Shown here: positions 26,233-39,990 of the stretch, piece by piece
Layout of the letters: each line of letters starts with the position of its first letter
Position numbering within the stretch: position 1 is the stretch's first letter
Notes under the pieces: model-generated
Told to the model about the DNA's origin: nothing
The model's database searches: none
The model's input: only the letters and a program-made list of their open reading frames with translations
Made by a program: the position numbers and the translations under genes
Assembly: GCA_964016885.1 (NCBI GenBank)
Contig: OZ024743.1
Coordinates: forward strand, 151,528,001-151,592,000
From: Eledone cirrhosa
Taxonomy: Eukaryota
Length of the DNA: 64,000 bases
Direction of reading: 5' to 3'

Positions 26233-29200
26233 TTATTCCTTATTTGAAATATATATTTTAATTCAAATCTTGATGGTAATTCTTTTTAAAGAAGGCCCTT
26301 GACAGAAATCCCAATCATCACACTACTTCACACAACATTTATAATTTTAGCAGCTTTTGTTTGTTTGCTTTTTTTTGCCAATCTAAAACATTACTAGTTT
26401 TTCAGAGTTTAGTATCTATGTTTCTCAGACCAATTATTTCATACTTCATCTGCTATCCAAAATAAGTAGCTCTAAAGTTAAGTAAATTTTCTACATTTTA
26501 ATTCTGGTAAATTTAAAAAAAGAGGTAAAAAAATAAAGTAAAAATCACTTGATATTTTCAATGATAATTCTGTTTTCCTCATTGGCATAAACATATAACA
26601 GCTTCTCTCAGTCCCTCTATCTAAAATATAGGTTCCACTAACATTCCTATTTGATAGCATATTGATAAAAAGGTTGATGTAATTTTAAATAAATTTGGGT
26701 GCTTGGATAATGTACCAAGCATGAAAATGTCTATATTTATCTGGCAACAGAAATATAACACAAAAGTATATTTAATGACTAAAAAGATAGTCACATGAAA
26801 CAAAACAATATAATGCTTTTATAGTTTAATAGAAAACAATATTTGAAACTTCTTTAGAAGAAAACAGTAAATAAAATAGTAATAATTTTAAAGATAAAAT
26901 CCTCCAAAGAAACTGTAATAAGAAAACACTTGACAGTTTATAGCTTTACTTGACGATAATTCAACAAAATGAATTCCTATATTAGGTAAGAAATTCATTG
27001 ATATTTTAAAATAAACATTAAATGAAGATAATTCCTACTTTCCAATAGAATTGAAAGCAAAATATCACTCTAGAAGTAGTATGATATTCCAAAGTGAATA
27101 GACATACTATAAAAATTTCAAGTAGTTAAAATACTTAAATTTTGAATGTTGAAATAAGAGGGCTTTTGCAACAAATAAGATCATTCTCAAAACAAAAGTT
27201 CTTTATCGTGTCTGAATAAATTGTCAGACTGATATATCTAACACTTCAATTAAGTCATTATAATAAAAAGATCTATAAAAATTATTATACAATTTTCTTT
27301 GAACTTTACTTTATAATGCTGTTTGTAGTTGGACCTCTGACTGCTTTGACTAAGAATGTTCCAGTTGCTTGGAGAACAGAACAGAACAGACAGCTCATGA
27401 TATAAATATGCAAGTAGCTAAGCAAACCACAGACATGTGAACCTTTAACACATTTTTCAGGAAGATTTAGCATGATAGTGTGTGACAAGGATAACCCTTT
27501 GTCTTCAAAAGTACAACTAATTTTTACAAGCTGGAGCAATGAGAAATAATATGTTGGGAATTGAACTTATGATCGTGAGTTGAACACCCTGACCAGAAAA
27601 TCATGTGCCTTTATATGAATCAGAAGATAAATATTATATAGTTTAGTAATAAAAACTAATACATGCAGCATTTAGTAATGGCCCTTTACATTTTGGGATC
27701 AAATTCTGTAGCGGTCAACTTTGCCATTCATATTTACAGAGTTAATAAAATAAAGTTCTAGTCTAGCAGTATGGTCTATTTAATTGACTTTCCTCAACAA
27801 AAACCTACAGCCTTGTGTCAAAGCTGGAAATCAATAATATGTCATTTTCATTAGATATCAACCTTTCTTGAATGCACTTTCCCTCTCAGGTTTTTTTTCA
27901 TGATCTTCTGGCATGAATAGCTTAATGGACAAATAGATAAAATAATAAACAAGTTATTTTTTGCTGATGTTGTTTGGATAAAATGTATTTCATGTATCAT
28001 CAACTTGCTTTTACCTGAAAACTGCTGCAAGAGATGCAAATCAGATCCTCCATTAATAAGCAAAACGTCCAACATTTGGAGGAGAAAAACTACTATCCTT
28101 TGAATAAGTATCAGCATATTATTGACATTTATTTGGTCTTATTAAAAGATTTAAATTAGAATGTAGAGAGGTCAAACTCTATAAAGTAAGTTTAATGTTT
28201 CACCATTTTTGCCCATCAATTCCTCTCTGTCAGCTTTTCAGGCTTTATTCTCATATTGAGTAGATGGCATAAATTACTTACAGCAGAGTTAAGTCAAAGA
28301 AGACTTGATATGAAATTAGTGAATCAAGCATTTAAGAATGGACCACGGAGATAGGTTTCGAATGAATATGGCCTTCAAAATAGTTGGAAATTGGTAAAAA
28401 AATAATTATGTAATAAAGTCGTGAAACAAAAACTGTACTCTAAATGACACCTCAAATATTTTGAATATCAAAATATTAAAACATGAAAATTTCAAAATCA
28501 CACCATCTAAACATAATGTGTTGATTACTTGCTTCAGCTTATACGTAAATGGGGATTAGATTTTTGCTTATTTCTCAAACATAAAATAAGGGATTGGCTT
28601 ATATTTGAGTATATACAGTAATTTGAAAGACATAATGTATGAAACATACATAAGGAGTGTGATGCTACATGGTAGTAAGACATGGATATTCCATTGAAAG
28701 TTGTTGAGGAAAGCATGATCAGTTGGATGTATAATGCTAACCTGCACAAAAATCTGAGCACAAATTGGTTAAGAAAGTTGCTGGGTATTAATGACATTCG
28801 CTGATATTGTGTCATACCAAGTCAGCCCTTATCCAGTATACATATAATCATAGACCATCCAATTTTTCAGACAGTGTATTCAGAAATGCCTTATTCAATG
28901 ACTGTTTTTTTCCTTCTAAGATTGTAGGGAGTAATTTGAGGAATACTTGGCTGCTATTTCTCTCAACTTTTCATATCAGATAATGTATATGCAAGAGAGG
29001 CAACTCCACTTGTATGGCATAAGGTACAAATGAATAATGAGTGCAGAGGGAAAATTACTATATACTATTGAAAATTACTATGAGTTATTACTAAGAGGAA
29101 CAGCAATGAAGACATGGTAAAAAGTGGTAAGATCAGATTTCAAAATGCTGGGTTTTGCAGATGATACAATGAGACATACAAACTATCCCAGGAAAGTGGA

Positions 29201-30343
29201 TATTATACAACTAATGATGAGAGTAATGGCAAATATGTATCTAGAATTTCAAAATGTAATAACTTTTTATCTCTGAACTGCATTATTTAATCATCATCAT
29301 CGTTTAACATCCATCTTCCACGCTAGCATGGGTTAAATATATCACTAATACATTAAGCGATTTATTTTTATACTAAATATGAATAAGCTACCAATTATAT
29401 CAATATTTTGGAGTTGCAATTGTCTGGCAAGTGATTGATCTGAGACTGTGTTGAAACTAAAACAATTATGGCATGGAAGAATTATTTTAGTCATTTAAAA
29501 CTACACAAAAACTGTTATCTTTACTTTATATTTATCATTTATTGTAGGTGTCATTGACCAGGTCACAGTGTGACAAAAAGACTGAGACCAAAACATTAAT
29601 ATGATTATCACCATCCTCATCAATATCATTTTTACATTAACTTTACCATGCTGGTATGGGTTTTACAGGACTTTTTGAGGCAACGTTTTATAGCCAGATG
29701 CTGTTCCTGATACTAATCCTTTTAGTAGCTATTGTAATTATTCTAAACTAGTTAATAGAAAGTAAAGTTAATTGCTTTTGTGCGTTTTTAAGGACTAAAA
29801 TGGTTCTCCTCACAGCAATTATATATATATATATTGTATTAGATAAATGTTTTTTGACATTTTGCTTCATTTGAATATTTTTTTTATTTAATTATTTGGT
29901 GTCATTTATGTTTAAAAAATGTACTCTTTTAATGAAAGATTTAAACGACGAATTGGCAGAGTCATAAAGACATCAAATAGAATGCTTTATGGTATTCGTC
30001 CCACCTCGTTGCATGTTCTGAGTTCAAATCACGCTTTGGTCAACTTTGCCTTTCATCCTTTCAAGGTCGATAAAAAAAGTACCAGTCCAGTACTGGGGTT
30101 GATTCTTTACCTATAGAAAAAAATTGGCCATGTTCAGACCTAGAGAGGGTTGGGCTTCGCCAGGTTTAAAAGTGCCCTAGACATGCCATATGACAGTGCC
30201 TCTATGACTCCACAAGGAGTTATAGGATCTTTATCCTTTTTTTTTTTTTGATACAACTACTTGCCAATTATTTGGAAGAAATTAAGATGAATGAAATATT
30301 GTCATACTCACAAATAGGGCAAACTTGATTTAGAAATCATTGC

Positions 30344-30380
30344 ACTTACCTGAAATAGAGAAAATGTTTAGAATTGATAG
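30344..30380 (-). promoter_or_regulatory. Candidate recursive splice site (AG|GTAAGT)
   Basis: Minus strand reads ttctaaacattttctctatttcag|gtaagt: a polypyrimidine tract and CAG directly followed by a consensus donor. Confidence 0.5.
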
Positions 30381-32779
30381 CATTTGTTTTAAAAATATCA
30401 TATATTTATAATATTCAATATAAAGAAATAGTTTCAACAATTAGTGTTTTATTATACAATAAAGATAAAATAAAAGCCATTGAATGATATTGAGTCAATG
30501 AAAGATCTTCCATATAGCTTTGCTAATGTAGCAGTCAAATAATTCCTTTTTCTTTACAGTCTTAAAAATAGAAATTGCTTGATTGTATGTCTACAATTTA
30601 ATGATCATATAAATACAGTTTAATAGAGAAAGAAAAAAAAGAAAATTTAGCTTGAAAAGAAAGAGTGGAATGTAAAATAGGAAAATATAAAGAAAAAAAG
30701 AGAAAAAACCCTGGGAAATGGCAGGATTGGCAAGGTCTCTAGTGTCACAGAAGAATGGGGAGAGGGGAGGGGAAGGATGATTGGGCTCTGGGCCTAGGGA
30801 GTGGAGGTAAAGGTGCTGCGCCCCATGGACAAGACTTCAAAAGCATTCCCAGACCAAGACTTTCAATATAGATAGCTCATTCTTCTAGAAAATACAGAGA
30901 CATAGTATAACTACGCCAAAGCTCTAAGTCTCTCTCTCTCACAAGTATCTGATTGATTATCTTCTTACATTAGGTATGTGATACAGATGTGGTCAATCAA
31001 ATAAGACACTCTGGGAGGAAAACCAAAACCTATCTAGAATCTTCTAACATTTTCCCTTGTTTTAAGAAGTTGAAATGAATCATTTAATATTATTCAACAA
31101 TTTAGAAAACAAAATCATATCTGCATGATGTGGCCACAACTTTAACAATGCACATCACAAAAGATACACAACTAAAGGTATGAAATAATTACAACACTAT
31201 ATTATAATTCTAAATAAAAATGTCTGTCATTGTTTTAAAGTAATGAAAGGTGAAAAAATATCTATGTATGTTAAGAATTCTTAAATATGATATTTAAAAC
31301 TATAAACTTATATTTTATTAAATAATACTTTTCATGTATGCCATTTTATATTCTCAGAAGTAGATCACAGCAAGTCATTTTATTAGCAAAGTTTTAATCA
31401 TATTACAAAGTTAAGATAAAAACTAGTAATAAAAATATTTAAAAAAACAACATTTCTAGTAAAATTAAATGTTAAATATTTCAGTTTGGATATTATTATC
31501 AAGAGAGAGTGGTCTTACCTAAACTTGACATTCAATTCAGTAACAGTCTCAGCTCAATTAAACTTAATGAATATTGGCTTTTTTCAATAGAGAAAGCCAG
31601 AAAATAAAGTTATTGTTTTCAATATTCACAAAGTATTTCTGAAAGAATTTTATTATCGCCTACCATCCTAGCCAGCTATTACCATATGACCCAAATTAAG
31701 AACTTACTAGGCTGTCTATAAAACATCCTAGCTAGTACATTCTTCTCATTCTGTAGTCATTGACACTCAAGTACACAGTTTACTACAATCAATAACCTAA
31801 CCTATCACCCTGTAAATGCACCAGGAGCTAATTCTTTGTTACTTGTCCAACTACTTAGTTGCATATTTGTATGGTACAGTCTTTCCTCTAACTTCATATA
31901 AACCAGTATACATGTTTGTCATTTACATGAGGACAGGAAATTTGTTTATATGAGATTTAGTTTTTTCCTACTATATATCAATAAAGCCATAGTAAGCATT
32001 GTTGTTAGTCAGCTGTTCCTTTTCTTTAACACAATGATCCTTGTTTTTTCCTTTTTTTTTTTTTTAAAATGGCACAAACAAAAAGACACAATAGAAATAT
32101 AATTAAGTTCAGAAAGAACAGAGAGCTTTTTGTGATGAAACAAAACGATAGATGAGTAATGAAAGTTAACTGTAGAAATCCTATAAATTGATATTTGATG
32201 CAACTGAAGAAGAGGTAGGTGAAAGAAGTACAGAATTACAAAGTTGGAAAAATAAAGTGTTGACATGTAACATGGCAGATAGTAAACCAACTTTCATATT
32301 GATGAAACAAGTTTATACATGTAAGTAAATTATTTTGTATGAGTTTATAATCAAATATAAGCCCAATACTTTTGAAGATTTTCTTTGAAAACATATTTAT
32401 TAGAAATACACAATTAGGTTTTTTTAAAAAGGAATAACTAAAGTATATAAATGGGGTGTATCATATTTAGAATACTGTATCTTTACATGTTGTAAGATAT
32501 GAAGTACATCCTTTTGTAAAATATTGCCTCAAAAAGGACTCCATGGTGAGTATATTTAATGAAGAAGCTTCTCATGAGGCCTACAAGGCTAACCCCTATT
32601 TTAGCAGGTAAATTCCCTTAAAATGCTTGACACAATACTGAATTGTAAAGAGAATTTTAAATAAAATACAAGGAATAAATGAAGCACTTTTTATGCAACA
32701 CACACATGCATAAACAGGTATTACATAGTCAGAAGACGAGAAACAGTGTCCATGATATTTGCAGTATATAGAAGACAAC

Positions 32780-32955
32780 TGATTGAAATTGAGAGGTTAT
32801 GGGTTGGAGATAGCTCCATCAGCACGCAACAATCTAGTGATTTGATAGGAAACTTTGAAGACATTAGATAGATAGAACCTACAGGTAAGCAACTTAGAAA
32901 ATTCTCATGATAAACATGGTCAAAGGTTTTTGATGTTAAGGATAAGAACATAAGA
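32780..32955 (-). mobile_element. Ancient LINE RT fragment (Jockey/CR1-like)
   Basis: SKTFDHVYHENFLSCLP resembles the RT motif SKAFDRVWH..LLSKL. Confidence 0.4.
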
Positions 32956-33216
32956 AATGTTATAGTATATTGAACAAGATGGCACCATTTTGAAGTTTGC
33001 CATACATGTTCAAACTAGGTATGAGACAGCTAATTAGATAAAAGGGATTTGAGTTTTAATATAAAAAAAATAAATTTTACTTAAAGTGAAAGCAAGTTTT
33101 GGGTTTACAAGAAAATATTTTAGCTCTTGGCTCCTTTTATTAAAAGAAAAGTCTATATTGATGCTAAGCAATAAGAAAATGTAACATACTTACATACACA
33201 CACGTATGTATGTGTT

Positions 33217-33256
<40 letters not shown>

Positions 33257-34680
33257 TGTATGTGTATATATATGTGTGTGTGTGTATCATCATGTGTGTA
33301 TGTATGTATATATATACTGGGAGTGAAGGACCTCTAGCCTTTGTCAGGACATTCTTCTAGAAGGCAACTCAGGAAACTGGGATAACTCCGACATAAAACC
33401 TGCAGCTCAGTAGTTACCAATGATGTTGATCTTTTCTTCTTTTCGGGTTATAGCTACTGTCACTCAGAGAGTGGGATTGGCTCAGTGCACAGTCTTTCCT
33501 CAATTTAAAAACAATCTTCACACGCAGGCATTGCACGATAGCATTAATTAATAATTATTAAAAATGTTATATCGTGCAATGGCCATACTCGATAATGAGG
33601 GGGCAACCATCATATATATATATATATCCATCATCATCATCATCATCATCATTTTACGTCCGCTTTTTCCTGCTTGCAAGGGTAGGACGGGAACTGATAT
33701 ATATATAATGTACAAATGAATAATAAACAAAGATTTGGTCTTTAGCTTTAGCTTATACCAATCTATTGCAACTAGAGAAATATAATATAATCTGAGTTGC
33801 TATTCTTAGTTATCTATAAACTAAAACACATTTAAGATTTCCATATTACTTTGTTACAACTACTGATATCTGTTTTCTTATATTATTATCAACATAATAT
33901 AGTACAGAAGTGAAAAGAGATATGATACATAAATATAAACCCTAAATTTTGAGTATATATTTCTTCTTTCTTTTTTTGTTATTTTTGTTTGGTAGAGATT
34001 CCTTTCTTGTAAGAGAATAAACAATGAGAAATAGAGCTATTTCCCATTATAACTGTTATTAAAACTCATTGACTGCTTTTATACTTTAATCTAAATAAGA
34101 AAAAAATTATATGCTATGTCTTTAAAATAGTGTGGGAATTTTGTAACAGTCGTTTTTATTTGGAAAGCAGTTCCATTAAAAAAGAAGCACTTATGGAATT
34201 TATACAAAGATGTCTGGAATGGAAAATAAGTCCAATGCATGGCAATATTGAAAGTAAATGTGGAACAAAAATATATATCTTTGATAATTGAGCAATAAGT
34301 AATGTTTAAGGATTTTTTTAAATAGTTGATAATCTCACATTCGTTCAACTGGAAATAAATATACAAAGTCAACTATATTCACATGTATTTCAAGAAGTTC
34401 TTTCACAAAACCACAAAGGCTCGGGGAGGCAGTACTTAAGTTGCATTTCATAAGCATTAAGAACATCAAAGACAAATATTCCAGTAGACAGAGCAGTAGT
34501 TTATTCCAATAGGCTCAGAGACTATTTTCCAACAGGAGAAATGGATAGAAGTAGAATTATCATGCCCTAATACAATACAGAAATAACATATAATATATAT
34601 ATGAACTAAGAAATATCAACGGTAAGAGCTCAAACAAACAAAGAAAATGTAACAATTTAGCAAATAAAAACACAACTTGC

Positions 34681-34762
34681 CCATCTGGGTTGCTATGTGT
34701 TGTGACACATTCACCAGTGTCAATCTTATCACAACAGCAATAAGCATAGGAGCTGCCATCTG
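34681..34762 (-). CDS. Candidate 82-nt exon of an unidentified host gene (ADGSSYAYCCCDKIDTGECVTTHSNPDG)
   Basis: Strong acceptor actttgtcatttccgttcctctctgtag, an open frame, and a GC-type donor G|gcaagt. Confidence 0.4.
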
Positions 34763-37005
34763 CTACAGAGAGGAACGGAAATGACAAAGTATGAGTCACT
34801 GAGAAAGAGAATCTTTTTTTTATGTGGGTTGCGGTTAAGACTTTCAGTATCTTCAGTTCTCATATGTCACTCGCCACAAAAATATTAAGGGAAAGGTGTT
34901 GCACCTGAGGGAAAAACCCTGAAAGGTAGAATGACTGCTGCAGTGAATATTACTAGCTGTTCTTTGTGACAGTGATTTAGTCATGCTATCCATGAAATGT
35001 AGGTGAGAAAAATGACTGAATGTAGGATTTTTTGTTTATTTCAATAGATATTCCTGTTTCAAAAATTCATTTATCTGTAAATTAAATGAATTTTAGGAAA
35101 ACAATTGAAATAGAAAGGTTTTTATTGCCAGAAAGTATATAATGTTTTGCAAATTACAAATAGGAAATCAATATACATTTTGAATTGAAATATAATATGT
35201 AGTATATATTTATCTTGCTAAGTTGTAGCTCAAGTAAGATAAGTTTGTAACCTGTAGATATTGTGGCTAAATATCCAATATAGAAAACAATATTTCATCA
35301 TCAAATAAAATAGATAGTGACAAAATATTAAACTTTATACTATCCACAACACAGAGATGATAACAAAATGGAAATAATAGAAATAAGTTACCACATAATA
35401 CCAAGCTAAAAAAAATGAAAACTAGCGAAATTTAATCAGACACTAAGAAAGATATTAGAAACAAGTGATATAATACAATAATGGCATTTGTAGCAGGTTC
35501 AATGACCACCATGTGGCTCCTATGTTGGCTTGATCATTGTGAAGGAAAATAGAAGTTGTTTATAAAAGCTATCAAAAAAAGAATATATAAATCAAAACAT
35601 TTACTATTCATTTGAATAGAAATTTAAGAAAAATATTCTTGGTGAATATAATTTCCATCATGTTAAATCATTTGAACATTTCTCTTTGCAAGAAATATAA
35701 AGTTTTGAATAGATTATATAAGTGTATTAAAGTCAACGAATTAAAGGCAGTATTTGAAATAAATTTATCAAATGTTCAAATTTTCAATTATTGAAAACTA
35801 AAAGCTATTTCATCTATTATCAAACATTTTGTAATAAGAAAATATATAGAACAAATGGTAAATTGAACTTGACTGTAAACTACCGTCTGAGATGATTGAA
35901 AATTGGAAAGAAGAAACAAAATTATTTGATATAAATAACAATGGATATTTCATTATATATTTGATACTTACAATGATTACATCTAAGTATTTATTCTTCT
36001 ACTCGGTAAATATGAACAAATCTACAAAACAATATGCCTAATAATTTGGGAATCTTGATATCTCCATCTGGCTAAGGAAATGTGCAGCATAAAGTTTGGC
36101 AACACAAAATGGCAGCAAGCCAACTTCCATATTGGCATTACAAGTTTCTTTTCTTCTTAAAAAAGTTCTTTGTAACACCACAGAATCTTCCATGATTAGT
36201 ACGCACAAGGCTACCCATGCAGTTTGGATATGACAACCATCATCCTGTGAATTGTCCATCTACCCAATAGAAATGAGACACCATCCTATGTAACAAAGCT
36301 TGACTGACACTGACTGGCACGTTTCAACTCCACCTCCCAGCATATCATACACCAATTGTCTGGAATCATTTTGTGTGCAAATCTGCAACTATTCCAGATG
36401 CAAAAGATGTAAAAAAATATATAAAAAAGATGCTGTTGAGTAATCAACAAATGTGTTTATGGTAAAAGTCTAACATTTTTAGTAACAGTAAAAAATATTT
36501 CAAAATTTGTAAATAAAATAAAATATGACTTTTGCATAAAGTGCTCCTTTTATAGGCCATCACAGAGAGGATGATAGTTTTTACTATAATCCTTCTCAGT
36601 GGCCTCACTAGCCTGATTAGCTCATTCCCAATAATGAACCACATCATTCCATTCCTAACAACTGTTTAATCTCTTCTTTGTAAATAGTGTGTCATACTTT
36701 TTTATATTTTAAATTTGTACGTAACTAGTAAAATAAATAAGAAAAAACAAAAAAACCTCACAGTAACACTTAGTTGAACGCCATACATTTGTGGTTAACT
36801 TGTACTCAATCGGACATCAACTGTATCCTTATTGGTGTTTCCCGCAGGCTAAGTCTCAGAATCAGTAAGCAACACAAATGCCATTATAGGTTCATTAAAG
36901 ATCATAAACTGACAAAGTATCAGCCATTCTCCAACAGGTTTCTGTCAAAACCATAACAGTTGAAAAATCTTGCATCTTGGGTCCCTGAAACGCCACCCTA
37001 CATAC

Positions 37006-37104
37006 CCTGATTGGGATGAAGATGACCATCTGTAAGAATAACTCCAGTGATTTGGACTGGTTCTTTCAGCACATTTCTCATGCCGTCCTCCACAGCAATT
37101 CTAT
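37006..37104 (-). CDS. Candidate 99-nt symmetric exon of an unidentified host gene (DRIAVEDGMRNVLKEPVQITGVILTDGHLHPNQ)
   Basis: Acceptor ttccattgttgttgcttgtag, donor CAGG|gtatgt, open phase 1-1 frame and locally higher GC. Confidence 0.4.
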
Positions 37105-37904
37105 CTACAAGCAACAACAATGGAATAAATGCTATTGGAAAATCATTGAAAATAATTATTCTGAGTTGAGGTGCAAGTTGTAAAAAAATCTTTCTCATAA
37201 ATAACCTAAATAATTTTCTGTGCATAGTCTAAAACTTCATCTGTGAATATTATTATAGAATAGTAAAATCAGGCAATGTTATATTGGTATGAAAGAGTGC
37301 TTGGCAAAATTTCAGATTATCTTGTGATATTTAGCCATGGTAAATATGTTCTCCTTACTAAGAAAACAATTAGTGACTGAGCCAATATGATGGAGGCCAC
37401 TTAATGGTTTCCTGACCAGCTAGAAATAAACTTTTTAAAACCACATTCTACAAGTTTTAAAAATGAAAAGCATAATGTGTGGTCCTGAGTGCATTCTACA
37501 TATAAGTATCTAAAAAAAAAAATCAATAATGTTTTTTTTTGTTTTATCTATATAGTGATCAATAAACCTGTATCATAATACTAATAATAAATTTCAATAC
37601 CCATGTTTCCTATGTAAGGAAAGTTTTCTGAGTAAACATATCGCCATAGTACACAGCCTGCACAGGCTTGCATAAACAATAACTATTTGCTCCATCAGAC
37701 TGCTACGAATCGACAAATTCTAAACAAGTATGATAATGAAAAACAAAATTTGAGGCAACTGCTTGAAAGTACATCAAAGGCATTACAGGACGAATTCAAG
37801 TTTATTCTTGTGTAATAGTTATATGAACAGAAATAAAGAGGGAAGGGTAAAAAGAACAGGGTATAAAAATTAAATATAGACATATATACATATAGCTATC
37901 TATG

Positions 37905-38066
37905 TATCTAGGGCGGGTAACATTTCCAAGATCTATGGACGAGTTCTCTCCAGCAGTCTCTGTCCATCATTATCGCTGCCATGTCCTGCATCTCCAACAG
38001 ACCAGTGTCTATCCTTAGGGCATCAACATATGTTAACCTCGGTCTTCCTGTTCCAGTGTGTCCATT
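37905..38066 (-). mobile_element. Short 3' fragment of an RTE/RTEX-like LINE
   Basis: Homologous to 39072-39232 (GRPRLTYVDALR.DTGLLEMQD). Confidence 0.85.
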
Positions 38067-38083
38067 ATATATATTATATATAA

Positions 38084-38225
38084 TATTAGCAGTGGTACCT
38101 GGCGTTGCACGGGATAAGGTATTTTACATATTGTCCAGCCATGCAGTTTTTCCATGATTAGGTCTGTTGGCTGCCCGCATTCCAAAATACCTTATCCCGT
38201 GCAACGCCGGGTACCACTTCTAGTA
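38084..38225. mobile_element. Miniature palindromic element with Helitron-like 3' termini at both ends
   Basis: 42-bp inverted repeats. The right end is hairpin CCCGTGCAACGCCGGG followed by TACCACTT-CTAG-T. Confidence 0.65.
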
Positions 38226-38793
38226 TATATATATAATATATATATAATATATATATATATAATATACATATATAAAATATACATATATAAAATATACATA
38301 TATAAAATATACATATATAAAATATACATATATAAAATATACATATATAAAATATACATATATAAAATATACATATATAAAATATACATATATAAAATAT
38401 ACATATATAAAATATACATATATAAAATATACATATATAAAATATACATATATAAAATATACATATATAAAATATACATATATAAAATATACATATATAA
38501 AATATACATATATAAAATATACATATATAAAATATACATATATAAAATATACATATATAAAATATACATATATAAAATATACATATATAAAATATACATA
38601 TATAAAATATACATATATAAAATATACATATATAAAATATACATATATAAAATATACATATATAAAATATACATATATAAAATATACATATATAAAATAT
38701 ACATATATAAAATATACATGAATAAAATATACATGAATAAAATATACATGAATAAAATATATATAAATAAAATATACATAAATAATATATATA
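38226..38793. repeat. 15-bp minisatellite (AAAATATACATATAT)n, about 30 copies
   Basis: Read directly. Variant units (AAAATATACATGAAT) occur at the right end. Confidence 0.97.
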
Positions 38794-39032
38794 ACTGAGG
38801 TTAGCTGGACATGCTCACCGTCATGCAGAGTTGACATTGCACTCAGTGCTCCTGTGGGAGCCCCTACATGGACACACTAGAAGAGGAAGACCAAGGTTAA
38901 CATATGTTGATGCCCTAAGGACAGACACTGGTCTGTTGGAGATGCAGGATATGGCAGCGATAATGAGGGACAGAGACCGCTGGAGAGAACTCGTCCATGG
39001 ATCTCGGGAATTTTACCTGCCCTAGATGAGAT
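38794..39032 (+). mobile_element. RTE/RTEX-like LINE 3' fragment
   Basis: LRLAGHAHRHAELTLHSVLLWEPLHGHTRRGRPRLTYVD. Confidence 0.9.
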
Positions 39033-39062
39033 ATATAAAATATACATAAATAATATATATAT

Positions 39063-39878
39063 CTAATCTCTATCTAAGGCGGGTAAAATTCCCGAGATCC
39101 ATGGACGAGTTCTCTCCAGCGGTCTCTGTCCCTCATTATCGCTGCCATATCCTGCATCTCCAACAGACCAGTGTCTGTCCTTAGGGCATCAACATATGTT
39201 AACCTTGGTCTTCCTCTTCTAGTGTGTCCATGTAGGGGCTCCCAAAGGAGCACTGAGTGCAATGTCAACTCTGGATGTCGGTGAGCATGTCCAGCCAACC
39301 TCAGTCTCCTCTGTGTCACTTTTGAGCTGACTTTTGGGATGCTCCCATACAGCTCTGAGTTTTTCATCCTCAGTGTATACTGATTAATGTTCAGAGCCAT
39401 CCTCAGCATTCTCGTGTAGCACCCATCCACCATCTGAGTGAGTTTCTTGGTCAGTGTCCAAGTCTCAGACCCATACAGCTACACAGACTCCACTACAGCA
39501 ATGAAGAGGCGGATTTTCAGGTCTCTACGAAGGTCCGACTTCCACACCGATCTCAAGCTGTGGCATGCCGCCCAGGCCTTGCTCTTCCTCTCAACCACAT
39601 CATCTTCCGTATTCCCAATCTTTGCTCCCAAATACAGGAAGTCCTCAACCAATTCCAGCAGCTTCCCGCCTACATTAGTGATCCCCTCTGGCTTCTCAAC
39701 ATTCTCTACCAGATATTTTGTTTTAGTCTCATTCATTCTCAGCCCCACACTCATCGACACAGTCTCAACCTCCCGCATCAAATCCTCTGCCTCCTTCACT
39801 GTATTTGTCACCAAAACTATGTCGTCGGCAAATTCAGCATCCGATACCTTTTTCGTCCTAACTCTCCTGCTCTGAGCC
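39063..39878 (-). mobile_element. 5'-truncated RTE/RTEX-like LINE without PHD insert
   Basis: RT motifs EFADDIVL, GLRMNETKTK and DFLYLG; C-terminal RRLRLAGHAHRH..GRPRLTY. Confidence 0.92.
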
Positions 39879-39990
39879 AGTAATATAATATATAATATAA
39901 TATAATATAATATAATATATATATATAATATATATATATAAAATATACATAAATAATATATGTATATAATATATATATATATAAATAATA

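Noticed and set aside
30756-30810. G-rich patch as a functional G-quadruplex
   Set aside because: It is short and isolated, with no supporting context.
36038-36400. Possible coding exon (MDNSQDDGCHIQTAW..)
   Set aside because: No convincing donor, stops in the frame compatible with neighbouring candidate exons, and no recognisable homology.
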